Assembly (NCBI RefSeq): GCF_001194135.2
Contig: NC_068998.1
Span: 12,831,770-12,895,769, forward strand
Source of the DNA: Octopus bimaculoides
Lineage: Eukaryota
Length of the DNA stretch: 64,000 nucleotides
Direction of reading: 5' to 3'
Part shown: piece after piece, positions 52,601 to 64,000 of the stretch
Position numbering within the stretch: position 1 is the first letter of the stretch
Layout of the letters: each line of letters opens with the position of its first letter
The notes under the pieces: generated by a model
Told to the model about the DNA's origin: nothing
Database searches by the model: none
What the model saw: the letters and a program-made list of their open reading frames with translations, nothing else
Program-made: the position numbers and the translations under genes

Positions 52601-53204
52601 AAATATATGTTTNNNNNNNNNNNNNNNNNNNNNNNNNNNNNNNNNNNNNNNNNNNNNNNNNNNNNNNNNNNNNNNNNNNNNNNNNNNNNNNNNNNNNNNN
52701 NNNNNNNNNNNNNNNNNNNNNNNNNNNNNNNNNNNNNNNNNNNNNNNNNNNNNNNNNNNNNNNNNNNNNNNNNNNNNNNNNNNNNNNNAAAAAAAAAAAA
52801 AAAAAAAAGCGTTTTAGTTGAAAATGTAATTTGAGCTCAAAATTGTATTTTCACTTTTTATTTTTAATTAAAGAAAAATTTTATTTTGAGCTATAACTGT
52901 GCATTCTTTAATTAACTGCTGTTGAAGTAATGTAATTTGGTGCTTAAAGGATTATGCAATCAGCAAAATATTTTTGGAAGAGTAAATTGATATAAAGCAG
53001 TTTCTTCTGTAGAGAAAACCCTTCTTGAAATCTTCATTGCTGTATGACATGATGTGATACTGCTTTGGAAACAAACATACATTTAAATGCGTTTATTCAC
53101 TCAGAAGGTCTGTTCAAATCTTTTCGTCTATTACAAAGTTGTTGTTATATAACTAAATGGTCATCATAAATGTTATTGATATTAATAATTATTATAAGAC
53201 AAAA

Positions 53205-54923
53205 TAGAAGGGTGATGAGCTGACAAAATCATTACCACACCAGACAAAATGCTTAGCAATATTTCATCCGTCTTTATGTTCTGAGTTTAAATTCTGCCAA
53301 GATTTACTTTGCCTTTCATTTTTAAGGGTCAATATGATAAGTACCAGTTGAGCACTGGGGCCGATGTAATCAACTAGTTTTCTTCCCCAAAACTTCAGGC
53401 CTTGTGTTTTTAGTAGAAAAGATGATTCTATCGCAAAATCAGTTGAGTGCTAGACTAAATAAAATGCCTTACAGCATTTGGTTTTGTCCATTTATGTTCA
53501 GAGTTCAAATGTCACCTCTGCCTTTCAGCCTTCAGCTTGAGGTGGGCAAACTAGTGGGGAAGTAGATAACATAAACATCAATCAAATACTAGGGTGAGGT
53601 GATTTAATCAACTTGAACCTTCCTCAAAATTTGTGATCCTGTGTCTAGATTAGAAATCATTACGAGCAGAATTAGTGTCGACAAAACTGCCTTGCAGTAT
53701 TTGTCCTGGCTTCTTACATTTTGAGCTGAAATCTCAGCAAAGTAACCTTTACTTTTATTCTTTAAGGTCAATGAAATAAAGTGCCAGTCAAATACTGGTT
53801 GGTCGGAATGTCTGACTGTCCCTTTATCCCAAATGCCTGGTTTTGTTCCTATGTAAGAAATCTAATATTATCATTGGCAGAATCATTAGCATGCCAGACA
53901 AAATGCTGAGTGGCATTTCTTCCACTCTTGTACATTCGAAGTTCAAATGCTGCCAAGGTCAACTTTGCCTTTCGTCCTTTCAGGACTGATAAAATAAGTA
54001 CCTGTCATGCATTAGTAGGGTTGTTGTAATCAACTAGCCCGCTCATCTGAAATGTCAAGTTTTGTGCCTATAGTAGAAAAGATTATTCTTATTATTATCA
54101 TTATTATTATTATTATTATTATTATTGGCTGGCAGAATCATTAGAGCATTGCAAAAAATACTTAGTTGTATTTATGTGAGCTCTTTACATTCTGAAGTTG
54201 ACTTTGTCTTTCATTTTTTTGAGGTCGATAAAACAAAATACCAATCAAATACTGGGGTCAATGTAATCAACAAATGCCCTTCCCCCCTAAAATTGCTGGC
54301 CTTGTGGCAAAATTTGAAATCATTATTATTATTATTATTTGGCAGAATCATTAATGTGCTGGGCAAAATACTTAGTAGTATTTCGCCCGTCGCTACACTC
54401 TGAGTTCAAATTCCACCGAGGTTGACCTTGCCTTTATTATTATTATTTTTATTATTATTATTAATAATAATTTTATTAGAGAGTGGTGAGTCTGTAGAGC
54501 ACTGAATAAAAATGCCTTGTGGCATTTTGCTACATTCCCAGACTGAACTCAGATCCTGTTGGGTTAACTTTAATTTTCATCCTCTCAGGATCGATAAAAT
54601 TTATACCAGCTGAGTACTGGATCAATCAATATTATTGAACTCTCCTCACCAAAAGTTTGTGACTTAGTGCCTATGTTTGAAACAATTACTATCATCATCA
54701 TCATCATTATCATTATTATTATTGTTATTATTATTATTATCAAGGCGGTGAGCTGGCAGAATCGTTAGTACATCGGGAAAAATGCTTAGTGGTATTTCGC
54801 CTGTCTTTATGGTCTGAGTTCAAATTCTGCCGAGGTCAACTTTGCCTTTCATCCTTTCGGGGTTGATTAAATTAGTACCAGTTATGCACCGGAGTTGATG
54901 TAATCGACGTAATCCCTTCCCCC
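53205..54923 (+). mobile_element. Head-to-tail stack of about 8 SINE copies running into a gap
   Basis: Unit starts near 53205, 53440, 53665, 53875, 54126, 54340, 54480 and 54741; (ATT)n spacers; divergence varies between copies. Confidence 0.85.
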
Positions 54924-55777
54924 NNNNNNNNNNNNNNNNNNNNNNNNNNNNNNNNNNNNNNNNNNNNNNNNNNNNNNNNNNNNNNNNNNNNNNNNNNNNN
55001 NNNNNNNNNNNNNNNNNNNNNNNNNNNNNNNNNNNNNNNNNNNNNNNNNNNNNNNNNNNNNNNNNNNNNNNNNNNNNNNNNNNNNNNNNNNNNNNNNNNN
55101 NNNNNNNNNNNNNNNNNNNNNNNNNNNNNNNNNNNNNNNNNNNNNNNNNNNNNNNNNNNNNNNNNNNNNNNNNNNNNNNNNNNNNNNNNNNNNNNNNNNN
55201 NNNNNNNNNNNNNNNNNNNNNNNNNNNNNNNNNNNNNNNNNNNNNNNNNNNNNNNNNNNNNNNNNNNNNNNNNNNNNNNNNNNNNNNNNNNNNNNNNNNN
55301 NNNNNNNNNNNNNNNNNNNNNNNNNNNNNNNNNNNNNNNNNNNNNNNNNNNNNNNNNNNNNNNNNNNNNNNNNNNNNNNNNNNNNNNNNNNNNNNNNNNN
55401 NNNNNNNNNNNNNNNNNNNNNNNNNNNNNNNNNNNNNNNNNNNNNNNNNNNNNNNNNNNNNNNNNNNNNNNNNNNNNNNNNNNNNNNNNNNNNNNNNNNN
55501 NNNNNNNNNNNNNNNNNNNNNNNNNNNNNNNNNNNNNNNNNNNNNNNNNNNNNNNNNNNNNNNNNNNNNNNNNNNNNNNNNNNNNNNNNNNNNNNNNNNN
55601 NNNNNNNNNNNNNNNNNNNNNNNNNNNNNNNNNNNNNNNNNNNNNNNNNNNNNNNNNNNNNNNNNNNNNNNNNNNNNNNNNNNNNNNNNNNNNNNNNNNN
55701 NNNNNNNNNNNNNNNNNNNNNNNNNNNNNNNNNNNNNNNNNNNNNNNNNNNNNNNNNNNNNNNNNNNNNNNNNNNNN
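54924..55777. other. Assembly gap (largest of seven N-runs)
   Basis: Run of N; ORFs containing X are artefacts of these gaps. Confidence 1.
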
Positions 55778-56254
55778 GTTTTTGTTGTTGTTTTGTTATT
55801 TTTCCTATATATTTTTTGTTGTTGTTATTTCATAATACATGTTTTTTTCTTTTATTTTTTTTTTATTTTCGGTTAACTTCACACTATAGAAAAAAAAAAA
55901 AAAACTATAACAATTATTATAAGTTATCTATAAATCAATATAGTAATTGGTTTGAAATCTTCAGGATTCTTGTATATGATGGCTACAAAATGTCTGTTAA
56001 AAGAAGATCGCATTTAATTTGTAATTGCAGGAACTTCATTTACTAAGTAAACACATTGCGATATTCTTTTCTGTTTATTTTTGTAAAAGTTACTTCCAGT
56101 GGCTGTTCTGATATCTTAACAAATTATTTGTCAATACTTGACAAACCTTTTAAAGGGAAATAACTGTATATTAATGTTTTTCGGTCTCAAAATCTGTATT
56201 TACCGTACCATCTCAGATTCATGTTAAATATCAAGCGCATATTCTCATAAGTGC

Positions 56255-56327
56255 ACAGATTTTTGTGGCTATCATATGTAAAATCACACACACACACACA
56301 GGTGTTTGTATATTATGTTTGTATATA

Positions 56328-56368
<41 letters not shown>

Positions 56369-56523
56369 GCATATAAATGTGTCTATTTATATAAATGCAT
56401 ATATGTGGCTATCATATGTAAAATTACACACACACACAGTTGTATATTATGTTTGCTTGTATGTATGTATATATATATGCATATAAATTTGTGTATGTAT
56501 TTATATATATATATATGTGTGTT

Positions 56524-56556
<33 letters not shown>

Positions 56557-56575
56557 TTATATATATATATATGTG

Positions 56576-56633
<58 letters not shown>

Positions 56634-56700
56634 TATAAATGTGTGCATGTGTCTGTATGGACATGTATGTATAAGCATAGGTATGTATGCATATTTACAA
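56255..56700. repeat. Duplicated compound microsatellite block
   Basis: gtggctatcatatgtaaaat...cacacaca...gtatattatgtttg recurs at about 56265 and 56405; gcatataaat recurs three times among (TA)n/(TG)n. Confidence 0.8.
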
Positions 56701-57407
56701 GTTAAAGAAAAGATGGAGTGTTTTTTTTGTTTTTTTTATTATTATTTTTATTTAATTAGTCATATTTTCAATTATTTTTAATCTGGGAGAAGGAACATGT
56801 TATTAAACATTTTTAATAGCATATTACAATCAATAAAATTTTCTCAAAGAAAAAAAAACAAACAAACATTAGTTTATGCATTCATATGTCATCTGTACTA
56901 TTGAATTAATCTTTTATTTCATATTAATGGTTTCTTTGAAAACTATTATGTATAATTTCTTAAAACCCAGAGACCAAGGCAGTTAGAGATTACTAGTTTG
57001 CATCTGCAAAATTTAATAAAGAATTAGGTTAATCAGTTTATAACATTTCTATGCCAAAGGAAGATGCAAATTCTAACAGTTCAAAGTCCAAAAGTTGGAC
57101 CCTGTTAAGTTGTAAAACAAAAATTCATATCTCCTCATTAGCTTACAAACTTATTCAAATTTACAAACTATAATAGAGTTGACAGGATTACATACCTTTA
57201 AAAATTGGATAGTTCTCAGGATGTCTTCATTGTTTGGTAGGATACAAATATTTGTTTGGTTGGCTCTTTCAAATAAGTGGATTATATGTAAAGTTATTGT
57301 CTCATGTTAGGGCCAGAAATCATTAGGTAAAATATTTTGTTTTTGTATTTGGTTTGCAAGATTCTTGATGTGAACTTGTGTGTTGAAACAAATTTTGTTG
57401 CACCTTG

Positions 57408-57743
57408 GGGTAATCATTGTTAACAATAACAAACACAAGCACTAGTTCAATTTCACTTCTTCATTATTAGTCAGTTTGTATAGTTATTTAACCAACTAAC
57501 TAATTGATTGCTTGATTAATCTCTTGGTTAATCAGTTGGTTATTTGTCAAAGTCCTTTGGTTGACATTCATGACCTCATCAATGATATGCCTGCTCTCTA
57601 CTCCAGAACTGCTTCAAATCTGAAGATTTGAAGCAGACCTGGAGTAGAGAGTAATTACGCAATTGATTAGTTAAACTAATCAATTCACTTGTAATAAAGA
57701 AGTGAAATTGAACCAGTGCATGTGTTTATTATTATAATGACCC
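57408..57743. mobile_element. Palindromic MITE-like element with central hairpin
   Basis: aaacacaagcactagttcaatttcacttctt / aagaagtgaaattgaaccagtgcatgtgttt; right end attataatgaccc resembles the gggtcata termini of 15500-15640. Confidence 0.8.
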
Positions 57744-60700
57744 TCCCAAGATACAACAAAGTATAAATAAAAAGATTGTTTTACACTCATTTTGTATTTG
57801 TATCATATACTGTCTGGCATTCAAGCAGAGATTCCTTGCAGTATGAGTTTTGTTGATACTGTGTTTGTATTTAAAGAATATACATGTTATTAGTTTTAAC
57901 ACAGAAAACATAGATGATTCTGTGTTGAAAAATTGGAATTATAATATTCTTAAAACAGATGCTTTGTCTGGATGAAGAACCAGTAATGTATTGTGATGTA
58001 CTAAAAGGTAAACTAGTTTGATACCACACATCCTAAATCACCAAATATAAAACTTCGAAACATGTAATGCTATTAATAAATAATTACATGATCTTGATTA
58101 CTAGATGTGTGATTATTTTTTTCCTCCTACTAAATAGTAAAAAAAACAAAATCCTTAATAATGAAGAATTTAATTTGTTTTGGATAACATTTCTTTTATT
58201 TGTTTTTCCAAAATCTGTAGCTATACGCACACTAACTTTCTGCATTAGTTTTAATGAAATTTAATAACAACGGTAATAATAATAATAACAATATCAATAA
58301 TACTGAGACTAATTTTAAAAAAACCATTCAGATCCAGCTTCCTCGTTTAACATTGTCACTGCACAGAATTGTTAGTGTTGTCAAAAATATTCTCCACAAA
58401 TGTCTACTTCTATCTATATATTCACTCTAACAAAATAGTGTGGCTAATTATCATCTCTAATTTTCTTTTTGTTGCTACTAAAAGCAATATTATTATTGCT
58501 ATCTAGGAAACATGGAAGTATTTATGCTTTTCACTAAGCTTTATGTCTTCCATTTGTGTGTTCTTTTTGGTAAGGTTATTTACCAAAAGATTCCTCCAGA
58601 AGGCTGTGTCTCTGTAGCTTCTACACTTCATTTATCTAGTGACAAAAGCATTTGTGACTGCTTTAAAAAAAAAAAAAAANNNNNNNNNNTTTTTTTTTTT
58701 TTTTAGCACTCCACACCTCATTCCTTTGCTTCCAGCAAACAACTCCTTCATCACCTGCTCTTTCTTTTGTTACACTTCCTCTAAACTAATGTTTGAAACC
58801 CTATCTTCAGAAATATCCTGAGACAATAATGAAAAAAAAAAAATTGTGCATGAAAGTATTTCTTCAAACTGTCTTCTTTAATTAATGAAAGAAAAAAGAA
58901 TATATTGCTGAATAAAATTTTTTTTAAATGCATAGCTTTGTTGTTGTTATTTTTAATTTAAATGTATAATTTAATTAATTCAGTAACCACTAAACTGCTA
59001 AATTAGGAACAAATTCCTAAACATTAAATATCTATAGGGCCATCTTAGCAACATCATAGGCCTTAGGTAATCAGTGCACTGGACCCTACAGTATTTATTT
59101 ATTGGCAGTAAGCTACAGCATACAGATCAGAATTGGGCCCCTAGACTCTTGAGGGCCGTGGGCAACTGCTCAATGTGCCCATTCTTTAAGACAGCACTGA
59201 ATGTCTAGTAAAATTATTTGTGATTGCAATCTATTAACTTCATTCAGCTTTGGTGTTCTGTTTTCTTTCTTTTTATTTTTACATGCTTTTTGTTTTTAGT
59301 GTGTTTTCTAACCATCTTCTAGATATAACAGCAAAATCTTCCCCAAATTACACACAAAGATTTCTATTTTTACAAGGATGAAAACTAACCAACGCCGGTT
59401 GTCAATCGGTGGCGGGGACAAATACATGTGCGCACGCACGAGCATGATATCTGTATATATACCAGTGTATGTACGACCGGTTGTTTGATGCCCGGAAAAA
59501 GTAATATAATGTTTTGTTGAAATATAGACATACCTTCAAGAAACAATCATATCAAAGAACTAAAACATTATTATTGAAGTATAAAAATTTTACAACTACA
59601 TACAATGTTTTATAAAACAAACCACTGACAGAAGACTTCTACAATCAATGCCTGTAGCTTATTTGGGGAGGAGGCAATGTAGCGATCCGCTTCAGACGGC
59701 ACTTTTATGAGTATAGTACTTACGGATCTACTGTATAAGCCTGTAAAGAGGATTGCGGTGGAAGTGATGGCACTGAAGGGTCACTCCGGATAGCACGCAG
59801 TATAACAACGCTTTTCGTGAATTTAACAGGGGNNNNNNNNNNNNNNNNNNNNNNNNNNNNNNNNNNNNNNNNNNNNNNNNNNNNNNNNNNNNNNNNNNNN
59901 NNNNNNNNNNNNNNNNNNNNNNNNNNNNNNNNNNNNNNNNNNNNNNNNNNNNNNNNNNNNNNNNNNNNNNNNNNNNNNNNNNNNNNNNNNNNNNNNNNNN
60001 NNNNNNNNNNNNNNNNNNNNNNNNNNNNNNNNNNNNNNNNNNNNNNNNNNNNNNNNNNNNNNNNNNNNNNNNNNNNNNNNNNNNNNNNNNNNNNNNNNNN
60101 NNNNNNNNNNNNNNNNNNNNNNNNNNNNNNNNNNNNNNNNNNNNNNNNNNNNNNNNNNNNNNNNNNNNNNNNNNNNNNNNNNNNNNNNNNNNNNNNNNNN
60201 NNNNNNNNNNNNNNNNNNNNNNNNNNNNNNNNNNNNNNNNNNNNNNNNNNNNNNNNNNNNNNNNNNNNNNNNNNNNNNNNNNNNNNNNNNNNNNNNNNNN
60301 NNNNNNNNNNNNNNNNNNNNNNNNNNNNNNNNNNNNNNNNNNNNNNNNNNNNTATAATTCAAAATATTGGAGAGTCTGAGGTCATTGCTGGCATTTATCC
60401 ACAGTGATTTCAAAAAGGTGGAATGTCAAAGATGATTCATTTTAACAGTATACTTTTGTTAGAGAAATGTGGGGGATAAAAAATTTTAATTACCATTTTT
60501 CGGTTGTTGCTTATATCCCACCAACAGACCACGCGTGTGTTACTTCGGCATCATAATTCCACAAAATGTGTTTAATGAGAGAAAAATATTGAAAAAACAT
60601 CAATACATATGAGAGTGAAAATGAGGAGTGTGGTCTTGGGATGTGCTAGAAACAACAACCAAATCTCACAGCTTTTCCACTGAAAATACTTATCTTTCAT

Positions 60701-61289
60701 ATATATATATTTATATATACATACAAAAAAACATGTATGCAATAGGTGTGTACGTACGTATGTTGTTGTGTGTGTCACTGAAGTCATTCACACATTCATA
60801 ATCTCTCTCTCTCTCAATCACATATTCACTCATTACAAAAAGCGATTAAAAGAATCTGTTATCTCTTTTTTTCTCCATGACATAACAGACACTTTCTGTC
60901 TCGCATACTCATCAATTCCTCCGCTTCTCGCCGACTTCGAAAAGATAACCTCCCTGGTCCAATCGCTCTCTCTCTCTCTCTCTCTCGCCGACTTCGAAAG
61001 ATTGTTTATCTAATACTATTAGATAAAGGCTTGACTTGCTAGAAATAGCAGCCTAAAAACTACACATTTATCCGAAATACACATTCGAAATACACGCGTG
61101 TCGTCTTTCTTTCCTCACAATTTTCTGAAAATGAAGATACAGCACCANNNNNNNNNNNNNNNNNNNNNNNNNNNNNNNNNNNNNNNNNNNNNNNNNNNNN
61201 NNNNNNNNNNNNNNNNNNNNNNNNNNNNNNNNNNNNNNNNNNNNNNNATATATATGTTATATTTATCATATATATGTATATGTTGTATT

Positions 61290-62070
61290 TATCATGCACT
61301 ATCTTCCTCCATCCATCACGGTCTTGTGCCTCCCTCTCTCAATTACCAGCTGCAATTCCTGTCCCTATTAGAGCATTTTTAAGGCAATCCTTAAACCTTA
61401 GTTTAGGCTTATGTGCTGGTCTCTTGCCATCTTCCAGCTCACCACACAATAGCTGCTTGGGCAGTCACTTATCACTTTTCCTTACTAAATGCCCCACCCC
61501 CCTCAAACGTCTTTGCAAAATCGACTCTATACTTCTACTGCCACTCCTCTCGAGCACCTCCACATTACTAAAGGCCATTTTCCAGTTTATCCCCAAAATT
61601 TTTCTCAGACATTATTGATGAAATCGTTCCAATTGCCTTACCTGGCTACGGTAAACAACCCATGCCTCACTTCCATATAGTAAAAATGGGAGGGCGCATC
61701 TGTTATATACCTTAACCTTAATTTGTGAAGATATATTATGTTTCCACAGACGCCTATCAAGCCTACTAAAAGCACTACTAGCCCTGCTGATTCTGTATGA
61801 AATTTCATCAAGACCAGCAGTGCTCAAGGTACTTCCTAAATAAATAAATTGTTTTGGCGCAATCTTTTGAGATTGAACAGTTTTCCTGTTGTCCTGTATC
61901 TTATATAAACCCCTTCAGGGCAATCTTTAAAAGCTATTTGAAAGACTATTGTGAAATATATAGCAAACAGAGTAGGAGCAGTAATATCACCTTGCTTTAC
62001 ACTATTTTCTACAGAAATTGGATCCGATAAGGTACCTCCAACATTAACTCTCACTTCCATCTTGTAAGTA
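61290..62070 (-). mobile_element. Degenerate RTE/BovB-type LINE, RT C-terminal half with internal deletion
   Basis: SVKQGDITAPTLFAIYF...GVYIRYRTTGKLFNLKRLR; EISYRISRASSAF...LLYGSEAW...LERFHQ*CLRKILGINW...LPKQLLCGELEDGKR...KPKLRFKD...AQDRDGWR. The YADD region is missing and stops are present. Confidence 0.88.
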
Positions 62071-62479
62071 TATACATACATACACACATATATATGTATA
62101 TATATAAGTATTTATAATAAATATATATATTGTTACAATCAGGCAAATTCTTAGGTATTAAAAGGGGTGAACTTCTGAACATAACAACAGAACTGTAAAA
62201 TTAGTGAATTAACATTCGAGGATGAAATTATGTAACAAAAATGTATTTTATATAGGTCAATTAAAGGATATATTTGATATTTTAGTGATCCATTTCCAAA
62301 TAAGTTAATATCCAAAGAATTTAATGTCCAGTATTCAATTGTTCAAAGTTATGTTGTAAAAGGTCCGATCCGTATGCAGCTCTTTCGTAAATTTTACTAT
62401 TGACACAAACCCATTAAAAAAGTCGTTATATATCTCTCATCACAAACGCTTATCTCCCCTCAACCAGATTTTGAAGCTT

Positions 62480-64000
62480 CAATTTCTTTGTTACAGGCAT
62501 ATAGCCTAAGGGAAAGAAGGGGACATATGAGGACAGACAACACAAAATGTGGAGTACATAAAACGTAATGTAATGGCTTACGAGTCCCCCAAAGCTCGCA
62601 GTTCCATTTTACTGTTCTTTCTATACATTTTTGTTATCAGTCTAATTTTTTTATCTGTTGCGTATTCCACGAGTTCATCCATTTCCACAACATTCAGTAA
62701 GTTGTCATATTGGAAAACCATCGTAGTTGCTTGAACTCTGCTTCCAAATAATTCTGTCAGCCTCTCCAGTTTCTCTTTCTCCAGTAAAACCGCTCTTTTG
62801 TCTAACGCCTCACCCCCCCTCCTCGTCGGCTAGGAGAAATAAATTTCTCATAACTGTTTAGAAGAGGCAAGAACACGTCTGGCCCACTCATCTTGGACTC
62901 CATGGCAATGCAAACATCTATATCCCGTGATCTGAGGTCGTCTAGGAGACAACTTTGTTTCCATTTCGACCCCAGCCCACGCACATTTATGCACCCTAAC
63001 TTAATCGTCATGGTAGAAATAGAAAGTTGGGGCTTGGGGAGGGGCTGCACAAATTCCTTCCCTTTTGTTGGTGTAGCCACTGGGCTTTTTCTTGGTGTTT
63101 CCACGGGACTAATTATGAATTTCTTATCAGCTATTTCTGTGCTGATACCCGGATGTCGTCTGGGTACCTTCCTTTGAATTCCAAAAACAGAGCCAACACA
63201 TACAGAAGCAGAGACAAGGGACACTCTTGACAAACTGAGCGCTTGATCAAAAATAGCTCCATCAGGTAACCGTTTATCTGGACTGTGGACTTGATGCTGC
63301 TGTACATAGTGGAGATGCACCTGCAGAAGACCGGGCCCAGCCCTGCCACCAGGTACTGATGGTCAACCCTATCAAATGCTTTACTTTGGTCTAAATGGAC
63401 TTTTGCCAGCTAATTTACCCACCCTGTCTAAGGTGTAGCAGATAAGGTGAAGATTGTCCTGGATTGACCTGCTGGGTATTGCACATGTCTGTGCTTTCCC
63501 GACAAGTTTCTCCACTACAGCCGTCAATCTTTTAGCTAGCACTTTGCCCAAAATCTTTAACTCTATATTAAGTAGTGTTATGGGCTGGTAGTTACTTAAA
63601 CTATACCCCTTGCTCGGGTCTTTCTGGACCAGCGTCATCACTCCCCGGCTCACAGCACTGGGAATTCTCCCATTCTGTTGCCAATTTGTATAGACGCTGG
63701 CCAGTATATCCCTGAACAACTCCGGCATGCTACGGTAAAACTCATAGAGCAGACCATCCAGCCCCAGCGACTTTTCCCTGGTGCACTCAGCCAATACGTC
63801 TTTTTTTTACCTCCGTGGGAGAGATCGGTCCTTCACAGCACCTCTTCTCACTTGCTGAGAGTCACGGTCCACCGGCTAGGAAGTCCTTTAAGGCCTCCCC
63901 GCGCTCAAGCTGACTGCTCCCCCCGAACAACCGTGCTAAATGCTAGTGGAAGACCTTCTGCATCTCCTCCTGTCCATAGATCTTGCGCCCCTGCTCATTA
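62480..64000 (-). mobile_element. L1/Tx1-type LINE remnant, rearranged (RT segment followed by endonuclease N-terminus)
   Basis: KSLGLDGLLYEFY...NYQPITLLNIELKILGKVLAKRL...AQTCAIPSRSIQDNL...SVCQECPLSLLLYVLAL (RT); MTIKLGCINVRGL...ESK...SRRGGGV (APE endonuclease start at 63011); frameshifted. Confidence 0.85.

Noticed and set aside
62802-63320. 172-aa minus-strand ORF as a possible host gene
   Set aside because: It is a chimera of an off-frame RT segment and a LINE endonuclease N-terminus.

Overview
AT-rich animal genomic DNA with dense tRNA-derived SINEs, MITEs and CA/TA/GA microsatellites. The repeat content suggests a coleoid cephalopod, Octopus-like (inference). N-gaps lie at 14930-15083, 28788-28797, 52613-52788, 54924-55777, 58680-58689, 59833-60352 and 61148-61247. 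The window holds one complete + strand FES/FER-family non-receptor tyrosine kinase gene (F-BAR - FX - SH2 - kinase), ATG 3675 to TAG 48490. I assembled 16 GT-AG coding exons by hand; all phases match, giving 2559 nt or 852 aa plus stop, with intact catalytic motifs. The 20-kb interval between the FX exon and the SH2 exon carries three phase 0-0 exons that all start with Asp and end Glu|GT, plus a candidate frameshifting exon, candidate terminal acceptors and a candidate internal start exon. The acceptor of the last kinase exon is tandemly duplicated (54 bp), and use of the upstream copy would truncate the kinase. The rest is repeats, including several fold-back elements, head-to-tail SINE stacks, a 58-bp degenerate array ending in a hairpin, RTE LINE remnants and a rearranged L1/Tx1-type LINE at the right edge. 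All alternative-splicing claims come from splice signals and open frames only, without transcript data.
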